A stretch of 64,000 nt of DNA, from the sequence record NC_028950.1. The stretch is one strand, 5' to 3'. This document shows, one piece after another, positions 48,236 to 57,578 of this stretch (positions are counted from its first letter, which is position 1; each line of letters begins with the position of its first letter). A model generated the notes under the pieces. The model did not search any database. It was not told the DNA's origin and saw only the letters and a list, made by a program, of their open reading frames with translations. Made by a program: the position numbers and the translations under genes.

Positions 48236-51200
48236 TTACAGCGAACAACCTTCGCATTCCATGTGGCCGTCGCCACCCGTCTGTTCAGTTTGGAACGTGA
48301 TGCCTTCCAGACCAGCCAGTGCTGCATCGCCAACGACGTGCGATTCGCCCGTCGACAAGTCGAGGACAACGTCGCCAGGCTGCGGAACCGGTTGTGCGTG
48401 GACAGACTTCGAGATCTTCATCGAGTCTTCCGAGCCGGGCATGAGTGTGTTGATGTAGTAGCGCGTCTTCACGCCCTTCTCGACACGGTCCATTTCCGCT
48501 TCCACGATTTCCGTCGAACTGACTTCCAGGCGATTCGTGAAGTCCAGATACCAGTCGGCCGAAATCGACTGATCGCAGAACTTCTGCGGAATTGCGTAGA
48601 TGCTGTTCTGTTCCGGCAGGGTGAGTTCCCACATGCGTTGATACAGATACGCGGGATCGTCGCCATACGGTGCTGCCCAGCGCAGCATGTTGTTCGCATC
48701 GCCCTTGAGTAACACGAGTTCGCGAATGCCGTAGATGCTGTTCGTAGCACCCAGAGCCTTCGAGGAGCTTTCGCCCGGCATGAAGTTGATCAGACACGAG
48801 TGTGCCAGACCACCATTTGCCTTGATCTGCTCGGAGACTTCGTCCCAGTCGTACTGGTATTCGAAGTTGGCCAACGAATCGACCTTTTTGCGATACGTCT
48901 TGAGCGGAGTCCAACCATCCGGCCATTTCGTACGTGCAATCCAGGGAGCCAAACCGCGTTCCTTGGAGATGGCGATCGAAGCCTGAATCGCGAAATACAG
49001 ATGACGCTCGTACACGCGATGCAGTTCCTGCAGACCTTCCGTGCTGTTGAACTTCAGACGGCGACGTGCCATGTGAGTGGCCACACCCATCATACCGACG
49101 CCGGCGTTCATGCGAGCCTTCGCAGTCACGCCCATGTGCGGCAGGATGTATTCGTTTTCGAGAATGCAGTAGTCGATCATCTTGTACGCGTAGTACATGA
49201 CATCGGCGTACTCGGCGTCCGTCATCTCTTCCGTGATGTTGGTCGCAGCCAACGAACACAGAGCGACTTCCGGTTCCTTCTTGACGGAGACGACGTGGGT
49301 CACAGTCAGCTTACCGTAAGACTCGGTATAGTGCTCGTAACCAACCTTGACCGACTGCGCCACCCAGCGACCGTTCGGACCAGACACGACGTGAGATGCT
49401 TTCGTGATGACTTCGTGCTGCATGCCATCGATCGATTCAGCGATCCATTTCGCATGGCCGACTTCGACGTCCGAGAAGAGATCCTTCATCGCATCTTTGC
49501 CGTCGTACGGTTGAGTCGGCTCCGAGACTTCCAGACACTGACCCGTAACGACGCCATTGAACATGGCCTTGTGACGCTTCGGTTCGTTGAAGCAGTAAAC
49601 CGAGTTTTCGACGCCGAGGTTTTCGATGTCGAGAATCGTCACATCCGAGATGTCGCCCTTGTTGCGCGGATCTTTGAACGAGGCCAACACATCACCACGC
49701 TTCAGATCTGCCGTACGGACTTCGGTTTCCACACCGTCGCGCATCACATACCACTTGTGATACAGCGTGCAGTCCAGATAACCCTTGCCGCCCTTCGTAT
49801 AGACGCGTACGAGCTTCTCCAGCGGGCTGGTTTGACGCACGGTCACACGACTCCATTCGAAGCCGTTCCAGACCTCTACAGAGCGATCCCGATACTCGGA
49901 GATGGCTCGCTCACCATATTCCTTGGTCAGGATGATCGTGCCCGGTGCCACGCACAGGTTCGACGAATGGATCGGATCCAGGAACGGCGTATTGCGGTTC
50001 ATCTCGTCGATGGAGGCCGCATAGATCGTGCCGGTCTGAATACCTTGCTGAACTGCATGCACGACGATGTCGCGAGCAGGCGCGTAGTTCTTCTTGAAGT
50101 TCGGATCTGCCTCGTACTTCGCATAGAGCTTCGCGAATGCCTGGATATCCGGGCCGTAGAAGGCTTCGTGAAGATCCGGCGCATTCTTGATGTTCCACGT
50201 GAAGATGTCCTCGCCCTTGGCCATTTTCATGGTCAGGAAACGATTCGTCATGTACGCGTAATGCGCATCACGGTTACGAGCCGTGTCGGACGCACGCGTA
50301 TCACGCAAGCCAGCGATGACTTGAGCTTCCGGATCGAACAGGTTGAAGTACAGCGTACCCGCACCACCACGACCACCCTGCAGATTCGCGCGGATGTTCT
50401 TGCCGAAGGTGGCGATATACGGCAGCTTGCCGCGATGAAGGAAACGACCCTTTTGAACCGGGTCACCGATGGAACGCGTCATCAGGTTCGTGCCGATACC
50501 TGCGGACTGCGTCGTCATCATGTATGTGATGTGGTCTCCGGCTGCCAAGCTCCAGCGGCTGTCGCCAACGGCGATCAGGCAGCAGCTTGCATACCCCTTG
50601 TGGTACGTGCCCAGATTGTTGTAGTTGGGCGTCGGTGCCGACAAACGTTTGTTCGAGAAGTGACGATAGATGCGAATCACATGTTCCAGACGCGAGCGCT
50701 TGGCGTATTCCGCATTTTCGAGCGGGTAACCGGGCATCGTTTCGGGATGCGATTCGAACAGTGCCATCGCCATGCGCATGTAGATGAACTGCGGCGTCTC
50801 GTATTCCGTACGGGTCGAGAAGTCCTGCAGCGCATACTTGAAGCGCAGTTGTTCGATTGCGAAGTGCGGGTACGTCAGATCCTGGTCATGGTTGACCGTG
50901 GCTTCGATGACGCTCCACTCGTATTCCGAGTATTCCAGCTTGCGAGCCAGACCTGCATTATGCAGTCGGTCCTGCACTGCACGAACCAGCGGCAGTTCTT
51001 TCGTACCGAAGATTTCGATACGATCGAGCACAGCACGTAGACGCCCTGCCATCAGGTAGTGCGACCACGTATCACGCGAAAGCAGCGTGTCGATGAGCTT
51101 CTGCATCAGACGCTGAACGGTTACCTTCTTGGGAAGGTCGCGGACCGTTTCGAGAGCGATGCTGCTCCACTCGTCTTCAGCGACGCCGACGGCGTCCTGT

Positions 51201-51271
51201 ACCCAGTGGTTCAGCTTCTTGGCGTCGAATTTTTCTTCTTCGCCCTTGAGGTTGATGACTGTTTCAATCAT
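48236..51271 (-). CDS. nrdA: Ribonucleotide reductase class I alpha subunit (intein-containing)
   Basis: SAPTPNY.NLG, ASCC, SSNL/CLE, ALCSLAA, GVGMMG, MPGESSS, GVKTRYY, C-terminal CEGCSL. Confidence 0.95.
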   Translation of the reverse strand: MIETVINLKGEEEKFDAKKLNHWVQDAVGVAEDEWSSIALETVRDLPKKVTVQRLMQKLIDTLLSRDTWSHYLMAGRLRAVLDRIEIFGTKELPLVRAVQDRLHNAGLARKLEYSEYEWSVIEATVNHDQDLTYPHFAIEQLRFKYALQDFSTRTEYETPQFIYMRMAMALFESHPETMPGYPLENAEYAKRSRLEHVIRIYRHFSNKRLSAPTPNYNNLGTYHKGYASCCLIAVGDSRWSLAAGDHITYMMTTQSAGIGTNLMTRSIGDPVQKGRFLHRGKLPYIATFGKNIRANLQGGRGGAGTLYFNLFDPEAQVIAGLRDTRASDTARNRDAHYAYMTNRFLTMKMAKGEDIFTWNIKNAPDLHEAFYGPDIQAFAKLYAKYEADPNFKKNYAPARDIVVHAVQQGIQTGTIYAASIDEMNRNTPFLDPIHSSNLCVAPGTIILTKEYGERAISEYRDRSVEVWNGFEWSRVTVRQTSPLEKLVRVYTKGGKGYLDCTLYHKWYVMRDGVETEVRTADLKRGDVLASFKDPRNKGDISDVTILDIENLGVENSVYCFNEPKRHKAMFNGVVTGQCLEVSEPTQPYDGKDAMKDLFSDVEVGHAKWIAESIDGMQHEVITKASHVVSGPNGRWVAQSVKVGYEHYTESYGKLTVTHVVSVKKEPEVALCSLAATNITEEMTDAEYADVMYYAYKMIDYCILENEYILPHMGVTAKARMNAGVGMMGVATHMARRRLKFNSTEGLQELHRVYERHLYFAIQASIAISKERGLAPWIARTKWPDGWTPLKTYRKKVDSLANFEYQYDWDEVSEQIKANGGLAHSCLINFMPGESSSKALGATNSIYGIRELVLLKGDANNMLRWAAPYGDDPAYLYQRMWELTLPEQNSIYAIPQKFCDQSISADWYLDFTNRLEVSSTEIVEAEMDRVEKGVKTRYYINTLMPGSEDSMKISKSVHAQPVPQPGDVVLDLSTGESHVVGDAALAGLEGITFQTEQTGGDGHMECEGCSL
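49538..49954 (-). mobile_element. 139-aa mini-intein in NrdA (no homing endonuclease)
   Basis: HSSNL|CVAPGT..VWNG..W..V..T..LV.V...LDCT.YHKW..L..GD..VYCFNEPKRHKAMFNGVVTGQ|CLE; blocks A, B, F and G present. Confidence 0.92.
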
Positions 51272-51286
51272 GTCAGGTCCGATTGG

Positions 51287-51538
51287 TTAAGCGGTTACTG
51301 AGTGTGCCCGGACAATCTTCGTGAAGTTCTGCGGCGTGAAGCCCGACATCCATTCACCGTTGTCCTCGATCACCGGCAGCTGACGAAAACCCTTCTCGCG
51401 CAACATCTGAGCTTGATCCGGCTGCTCGGCGACGTTGATCTCCTGATATTCGATGGCTTTGATGGTCAAAGCCTTCTTCAGGTTCTCGCAATTGGGGCAC
51501 GAATTGCTGCTGTAGACGATAACAGGGCTCATTTTCAA
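51287..51538 (-). CDS. nrdH: NrdH-like glutaredoxin
   Basis: VYSSNSCPNC..LK..L...I.Y.EIN..G.RQLPVI..W.SGF.P; directly upstream of nrdA. Confidence 0.85.
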   Translation of the reverse strand: MKMSPVIVYSSNSCPNCENLKKALTIKAIEYQEINVAEQPDQAQMLREKGFRQLPVIEDNGEWMSGFTPQNFTKIVRAHSVTA

Positions 51539-51712
51539 ATACTCCAGGGTACTACTTCAGTTAATCGAAGGTGGTGCTAATTTTTAACGCATTTCAAAAA
51601 TTGCGAACATAGGTCCTTGCCCTCCAGACGACTCAAAGTCCGTCTGGAGTACGCATTTTTGGAAATGTGTTTTCTCTCTGTCCAGAGTATAAAAGACCAA
51701 AAAAAATAAAAT

Positions 51713-51740
51713 TATCAGAGTGGGGAAACCCACTCTGATA
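51713..51740 (-). terminator. Rho-independent terminator (minus strand)
   Basis: TATCAGAGTGGG-gaaa-CCCACTCTGATA with A-runs to its left. Confidence 0.7.
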
Positions 51741-51755
51741 CTATATTTCAGGTCC

Positions 51756-52343
51756 TTACAGATACCTGAAATAGTCGTAATTTCTCGGCGTCATGGGTGT
51801 CACGACGGATAAAGTGATGCGGATTTTGCAACCACCACCTTGTTCTTTCTTGTCGTATTGGGAGACATCTTCTACCGAAGTAAGTAAGTCACCCGATGTC
51901 GTGAACATCTCCATGTTGATGTTGTTGCGTAGTCGACTTTTCTTGATGTTAACGAAGGTGCCGTGCATGTAGTAGAACTTCTGCTTGATGATGTCTAGTG
52001 CATCGTACAAGCGTAAGTCATCCGGATCATTGCTGAGCCAAACAGTTGTCTGATAAAGCACAGCAAAGTGTTGAGTGGCATGGCGAATCATCCATTTGCG
52101 TTGATACTTCAATCCCTGACTCATCTGGATGATGATTTGTTCAACGATGTCCACTGAACGTTCGTCGTAGTCGATTTTATCTCGTGGAGAAATCTTCTCA
52201 TTGACTACGATCGCTCGTTGGAATTCTTGCTCGATGATTCGACGTGCTACCCAATACCTGATAGTAACTGAGGTTAAACGAATAGATATCAGAGTTGTAT
52301 AAAGACCCAAACAAAACAACAGAAATTGCCCAAGAACTTGCAT
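51756..52343 (-). CDS. AT-rich hypothetical membrane-anchored protein
   Basis: 195 aa, N-terminal hydrophobic helix, AGGTAGG RBS, bracketed by hairpins. Confidence 0.6.
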   Translation of the reverse strand: MQVLGQFLLFCLGLYTTLISIRLTSVTIRYWVARRIIEQEFQRAIVVNEKISPRDKIDYDERSVDIVEQIIIQMSQGLKYQRKWMIRHATQHFAVLYQTTVWLSNDPDDLRLYDALDIIKQKFYYMHGTFVNIKKSRLRNNINMEMFTTSGDLLTSVEDVSQYDKKEQGGGCKIRITLSVVTPMTPRNYDYFRYL

Positions 52344-52373
52344 TATTCCTACCTCATTGCAAAAAAAGATGAC

Positions 52374-52407
52374 CTAATCACCATGGGGTTTCCCCCATGG
52401 TGATTAG
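52374..52407 (-). terminator. Rho-independent terminator (minus strand)
   Basis: CTAATCACCATGGGG-tttc-CCCCATGGTGATTAG with an A7 run to its left. Confidence 0.75.
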
Positions 52408-52417
52408 AGTCGATCTG

Positions 52418-54508
52418 TTACTGGACCATACGCAGCATGATCGCCTTGTCGTTCATGTACGAACGGCTAGCTTCGATCACGCGCATATCCGCGGTCTGGA
52501 TGTAGAAGCGACCATACGCGTCGCCGTCCTTCGTGAGCAGATCCTGAGCGAGATCGTGGAAGAACGGATTCGTTTCGGCGAGAATCTGCGATGCGACTTC
52601 CGGCACCATGTCGATGTCGAGGTTGTAACCCACCTCATTGAGGTAGATGAACTTCGTGGGCATCGACGTGACGAACGGTTTCACACCGCCGGTTCCTTCC
52701 GGCAGCTGGGACAGCACATAGATTTCCGCATCCGAATTGTAATGGAACAGGTTGCGGATTTCGCGCTCTTGATGCGTTTGGATTGCATCGCGATAGCCAT
52801 CGCCGAACTTCTCGGTGATGTATGCGAACAGTTCCAGCCAGTCGCTCGTGAACGACGTGATCTTCAGCGAGTTGATCGACAGATGTTGACGCAGGATGCG
52901 GTTCACAGCCTTCGTCAGATACCGATCGAGTTGCAGCCAGAGTTCCGGCGACAGCTTCTTCGACAGGTTCTTCATCTTTTCAGCCAGCTTCGTGAACGAC
53001 GACACTTGACGCAGTTCTTCCAGCAGGCCCGCCTCGTCTTCAGTTGCGATGAACGAGTCGATGATCAACGCACGACCCACAGCGATTTCTACCGGATGGT
53101 ATTCTTCGCCATTGGGTTGCTTGCGTTCCTGCGTGAAGCGACGATAGTTCAGACGAACCAACACGTCCTTCAAGCCATACGACATGAAGGTGTGATCGGT
53201 GAAGTCCAGCCGGTTGTGATACGTGACCGTATCTTCCGAACCTTCCACACTGAACTCTTCCGTCGGATTGAGGAGAGCTTCATGCAGCTTGTTCAGTCGA
53301 GCGTTCACGCCCTGGCTGCTGTCGTCGAAACGCGCGAAGTCCTTCGGCGAGGTGCCAAACGACATCGACGCATGTGCGTAGTAGTCCACGATCTGATCCT
53401 TGTCCATGACTCGCGGGATCACCACACCACGATTGATGTCCATTTCGTACATCAAATCTTGATTGTGGTTGAACACCAGCGGATGCGGATACTTCTGGCT
53501 CGGCACCCACGCATCCAGATTCTGATAAGCCGAGAGCAACGGGTTGTCGCCTTGGACGCCCGTCACTTCTTCACCGCGACCGATGTCGTTCTGCATGTTC
53601 TTCCCTTCTTGTTGCGCTTCACGAGACAATGCGTCCTCGATGTCGCTGTCGTCTTGCATACGACCAGGCAAACGCTGGACGCGGCTACCGCCCGACGATT
53701 CACGACGCAGCGGGGCTGCATCCTGATAGCGATCATCTTCACGACGGCTAACGCGACGGTCATCACGGTCGTCATCCCGACGATCGTCACGGCGATCACG
53801 CGAGGAAGTGCTCGCATTGTCTTCGAAGCGATCGTCCTGGTCCGTATTACCGAACCGGTTTTCACGCGTTTCCAGACGACGACGCGGCGAACCACTCACG
53901 CCACCACGAACTGCACCACGATCCCAACGATCACGGCGATTGCTGCGACGATCACGGTCGCGACCACCGCGGTCATCACGATCATAATCGCGGTCCCGTC
54001 CGCGGCCACGATCACGTCCACCCGGAATGCGGTTGCCGTTGCGACGATATGCTTCGATCGCGTCCAGATACTTCTTGAACGTCGCGATACCACGATCGAT
54101 GTCACGCTCGCTGCGACGTTCGACGTATTCCATCAGTTCCGGATATTCGTCGCACGTGTAAGCGATGTGCAGCATGATGACGTCTTCGACACACGCCGGC
54201 ACCGCTTCGCGCGTATCGCGGAACTTGCCTTCCTGCATTGCGATGTCGATCACGTCACCGATCGTGCCCACGAGGTCTTCGAAGTCACGATTGCGATAGT
54301 CGTTGTCCGACATCAGGTTGAAGTAATGAATGCGCAACTCGTTGTCACGAGCACGCTCCTGGATCACGTCGATGGCGTTATAGATGATGTCATCCATAAT
54401 TTCATCGATGTCACGTACCGGGTGGCTGAGTCGGACGGGGACGTCACCACGACGAAGGTTGATTTCGTGACCCTCGATACGCGTCGGAGAGAATTTGAGT
54501 CTAGCCAT
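52418..54508 (-). CDS. Large hypothetical protein with an Arg/Asp-rich low-complexity region, downstream of the nvRNAP subunit
   Basis: 696 aa, strong codon bias; RDRGRGRDRDYDRDDRGGRDRDRR tract. Confidence 0.75.
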   Translation of the reverse strand: MARLKFSPTRIEGHEINLRRGDVPVRLSHPVRDIDEIMDDIIYNAIDVIQERARDNELRIHYFNLMSDNDYRNRDFEDLVGTIGDVIDIAMQEGKFRDTREAVPACVEDVIMLHIAYTCDEYPELMEYVERRSERDIDRGIATFKKYLDAIEAYRRNGNRIPGGRDRGRGRDRDYDRDDRGGRDRDRRSNRRDRWDRGAVRGGVSGSPRRRLETRENRFGNTDQDDRFEDNASTSSRDRRDDRRDDDRDDRRVSRREDDRYQDAAPLRRESSGGSRVQRLPGRMQDDSDIEDALSREAQQEGKNMQNDIGRGEEVTGVQGDNPLLSAYQNLDAWVPSQKYPHPLVFNHNQDLMYEMDINRGVVIPRVMDKDQIVDYYAHASMSFGTSPKDFARFDDSSQGVNARLNKLHEALLNPTEEFSVEGSEDTVTYHNRLDFTDHTFMSYGLKDVLVRLNYRRFTQERKQPNGEEYHPVEIAVGRALIIDSFIATEDEAGLLEELRQVSSFTKLAEKMKNLSKKLSPELWLQLDRYLTKAVNRILRQHLSINSLKITSFTSDWLELFAYITEKFGDGYRDAIQTHQEREIRNLFHYNSDAEIYVLSQLPEGTGGVKPFVTSMPTKFIYLNEVGYNLDIDMVPEVASQILAETNPFFHDLAQDLLTKDGDAYGRFYIQTADMRVIEASRSYMNDKAIMLRMVQ

Positions 54509-54515
54509 TTTCTAA

Positions 54516-56195
54516 TTACCGCCCTTTGATTTTGTCTTGAGTACGTTTTCGGATTGCAGCAAACACGGGGTTCGGATTCTCCACGGTGATGAAACCCGGA
54601 GAGAGCGTCGCCCACATGCCGATACGAGTCCGGCCGGTTGGTGTCTTCTTCTGAATATTCAGATAGCCACCAATTTCCGCGATAGATTCATCCAGGATCT
54701 TGGAAGACCCTTGCGAGGAACTATCTCTTCTTGCGCCTTTCTTACTGCTGCTAGTCTGCGGAACCAACAGCGAAGTCAGCTTCGTGGCCATGTTATCGCC
54801 GGGGATTGCAATCGACGATACGCCAGGCCGCCCGTTAGTGATCTTGAAAATCGGTCCGGGCTTCAACTTCTTTTTGAAAATCTCCTCGATGGTCTTTTGC
54901 GTCAGAGGGCGCTTCGGATCAGTTAAGGAGCGTCGATAAGCCGTATGAATTGCAAAGTTCGTTTCGACGATCGCATGCGTGATGTCGTAGAGAACATAAT
55001 TCAGAACGCTGAGTTCCTTGCCAAACATACTGCTGATCTTGTTCGAGTCCTGCAAGATCCACGCATTGCAATTTTTCATCACATGCATGAAGAAGTCATA
55101 GGTACTCGATACTTCGATCCCAATGGACTTGAGCTTTTGCTGCGTGATCAAGTCCATGTACTGGTCAATCGACTTGAAGTGGTCTCGCACCTTGTCGTGG
55201 AGCAGACCTTCATTCATGTCACCAGTCCAGAGAATGTGGCCCATCAGAACACGCCACAACCAGAGGTTGTCGATGTCCTTCAGGATCATTCGCTTGGGGA
55301 AATGGTCGATCAGGTAGAACAGAGCACCGACGAGGTTCTCTGCATCCATCGTGAAATCTTCGCGACGAATCGCCACGCGGATCTTGCTACGCACGAAGTC
55401 CATCCGGGGATTGCCTTCGGGTTGCTTACCGCGTGTTTCACAGATGACCCAATCTTCCGTCGGGAAACGTTCGGGATCGATATCGTCCGCCGTGCCAAAG
55501 AACGGTTCGATACCGAGGTAATTCTTGAACGTATCCGTCACGCCGTACTTACAAAACAGATAGTGCGCAAGGCACGTTTCCATCTTGATGGTCGGCTGGA
55601 GTTTTAGCATGTCCTTGGTCTTGTTATAGATATTGGACCACACGACCTGGACACTTCTCGTTCTGCCATCGACTAGATACGCATAGTCGAGCCGCCGGAA
55701 GATCAACTTGATACACAACAACTGTGCGAACACGTTGTCGTCATCCGGCGAGATCACGATGTCTTGCAAGACAGGACTGATCGCGAACCGCGAACCAGCA
55801 ATCGTGATCAACCCACCCTTCGTGACAAAGGGCAGATAGAGGAAACGCGGCGGAAGATCCACTCCCTGGAATCGGAAGAAGAACTTCACAAGAAAGACAT
55901 CAGACCGTGCTACGTCAAACGCGGTCTTCGGTGCTTTCTTCAACTTGGTCTCGACACGCTTGGAGGTTTTTGTCGGTGAACGCTTCTTCGCACCTTCCCG
56001 ATATTCATCAGGCGGCAGACAGCGTTCATAACCAGCATAAACCAGACCTTCCGGAAACTCCCGGCTGATCGATTGCCAAACCTGGTCGATGAACTTCAAC
56101 GCACGCGGGATGTGCGTAGTGGCAATCCCGCTGGCGATCGCATGATTGAATTTTGGAATGATGCGATCTCGGAGTTCAACGAATGTTGGGTCCAT
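54516..56195 (-). CDS. Non-virion RNA polymerase beta subunit, N-terminal fragment (phiKZ gp123-like)
   Basis: PKFN..IA.G.A..H, FPEGL.Y.GYERC.P..EY, FDVARSD.FL..F.F.F.G..LPPR.LYLPFV..GG...I.GSRF.ISPVL.D. Confidence 0.8.
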   Translation of the reverse strand: MDPTFVELRDRIIPKFNHAIASGIATTHIPRALKFIDQVWQSISREFPEGLVYAGYERCLPPDEYREGAKKRSPTKTSKRVETKLKKAPKTAFDVARSDVFLVKFFFRFQGVDLPPRFLYLPFVTKGGLITIAGSRFAISPVLQDIVISPDDDNVFAQLLCIKLIFRRLDYAYLVDGRTRSVQVVWSNIYNKTKDMLKLQPTIKMETCLAHYLFCKYGVTDTFKNYLGIEPFFGTADDIDPERFPTEDWVICETRGKQPEGNPRMDFVRSKIRVAIRREDFTMDAENLVGALFYLIDHFPKRMILKDIDNLWLWRVLMGHILWTGDMNEGLLHDKVRDHFKSIDQYMDLITQQKLKSIGIEVSSTYDFFMHVMKNCNAWILQDSNKISSMFGKELSVLNYVLYDITHAIVETNFAIHTAYRRSLTDPKRPLTQKTIEEIFKKKLKPGPIFKITNGRPGVSSIAIPGDNMATKLTSLLVPQTSSSKKGARRDSSSQGSSKILDESIAEIGGYLNIQKKTPTGRTRIGMWATLSPGFITVENPNPVFAAIRKRTQDKIKGR

Positions 56196-56214
56196 GCATT
56201 CTCCGAAAAATTAT

Positions 56215-57363
56215 TCAATTTGAAAACAGACTCTTTAACGCAACGATGGCTGCCCCCGCACCCATTACGACGGTTGGAATGAACTTCCACATCTCAGACG
56301 AATCCTTTCGTTCAATACTTCTTTCTTCGAAATAGTCCTTCGTTCTTAATTGCTCGATCTTCGTCGCATGATCCTCGCGGGCATAACGGCGATTGAGCTC
56401 ATTTTCAAAGTGCCTGGTTCTTCGCTCTTCTTCTTCCAGTTGCGCTTGGAGTTGAGCGTTGCGATGTTCCAGTTCCAGTTTTTCCTTGTCTTGCTCAGCT
56501 TTCAGATTGCTGGTTTCAGCAGCCGTCTTCTTACCTTGCAGATCCAGGTGTTTTAGTTCAAAACCGAGCTCGACTTCATGCTCAGGAGCAGTACGGGCCT
56601 CGGCGAAAGACCTATACAACCACTTTGCTTCTGGCATTGCCTCGGGCGGGATATAGTCAACGATGTCTTCAACAGGACCCTGACTCGTTGTCATTAACCC
56701 TCGATACTTCAGATATACGCCATCCCTCTTGAGCGCATTCTTGACAGCATCGATCCGCATGACCTTCCCAAGTAGTCGCATATACCTGGGTCCAATCCTT
56801 TCTTGATTATCGATGATCTCGACAGACAGACCATTTTCGCCCAGGGTCCTCGTTCCCTTAGGTGCTCTGGTCATCGCCTCGAAACTGAACGGATGCAACG
56901 GTATATCATTGTGTTTGGTCGATAGAATAATATCTTGCTCGACCAAATAAATGCATCCACCATTGTCGTTTATTGTTCTTGGCGTTACTTCATAGTCATA
57001 CCGCATAGTGACACTATGCGTCTGGTCACGATAAGCCCTCAGAAACAGATCCTCGAAATTCTTCAGATCCTCACTTTTGGGTCCTTCATGACTTATTAGT
57101 CTATCCCGCACAGAGTGTTTGATGTTGTCGGAGAAATACAACTCTTGACGAACGATGAACGCTTGACTGTTGCGGGACTGTCGACTAGGCACGTCGACTA
57201 CCATTCCCCTTCTGAACCCCAACGAAATCGGTCGCCCGGAATAATTGAGGAACTTCGTGTGAATGGACAGATCGCAGCTTTCGATTACCGAATGCTGATG
57301 GGACGTTGATTCTTTTAGTGGAACCGACCAATACGCCGGCTCCATTCCCCGGTCAGAATCCAT
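56215..57363 (-). CDS. Conserved jumbo-phage hypothetical protein (phiKZ gp122-like position)
   Basis: 382 aa lying between MCP and the nvRNAP subunit; C-terminal coiled coil ending in a hydrophobic helix. Confidence 0.6.
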   Translation of the reverse strand: MDSDRGMEPAYWSVPLKESTSHQHSVIESCDLSIHTKFLNYSGRPISLGFRRGMVVDVPSRQSRNSQAFIVRQELYFSDNIKHSVRDRLISHEGPKSEDLKNFEDLFLRAYRDQTHSVTMRYDYEVTPRTINDNGGCIYLVEQDIILSTKHNDIPLHPFSFEAMTRAPKGTRTLGENGLSVEIIDNQERIGPRYMRLLGKVMRIDAVKNALKRDGVYLKYRGLMTTSQGPVEDIVDYIPPEAMPEAKWLYRSFAEARTAPEHEVELGFELKHLDLQGKKTAAETSNLKAEQDKEKLELEHRNAQLQAQLEEEERRTRHFENELNRRYAREDHATKIEQLRTKDYFEERSIERKDSSEMWKFIPTVVMGAGAAIVALKSLFSN

Positions 57364-57490
57364 CTTTTAACGATCCTACGTTAATTGGCACATCATCTTC
57401 AAAACGTATAAGCAATTATCTAAAACGGTTGCTTATTCTTCTCAACTTCGATTTAATGATATATTTCTGATTTTTAATAGACAGCATAAA

Positions 57491-57526
57491 CTCCTACTCC
57501 TACCCCTTGCGGGGTAGGAGTAGGAG
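57491..57526. terminator. Perfect 16-bp hairpin downstream of the major capsid gene
   Basis: CTCCTACTCCTACCCC-ttgc-GGGGTAGGAGTAGGAG. Confidence 0.8.
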
Positions 57527-57578
57527 ATGTGCTTCTGGTTGGTAATGGGCAGCTTAACTAGCCTGCCCAATCGCGACC

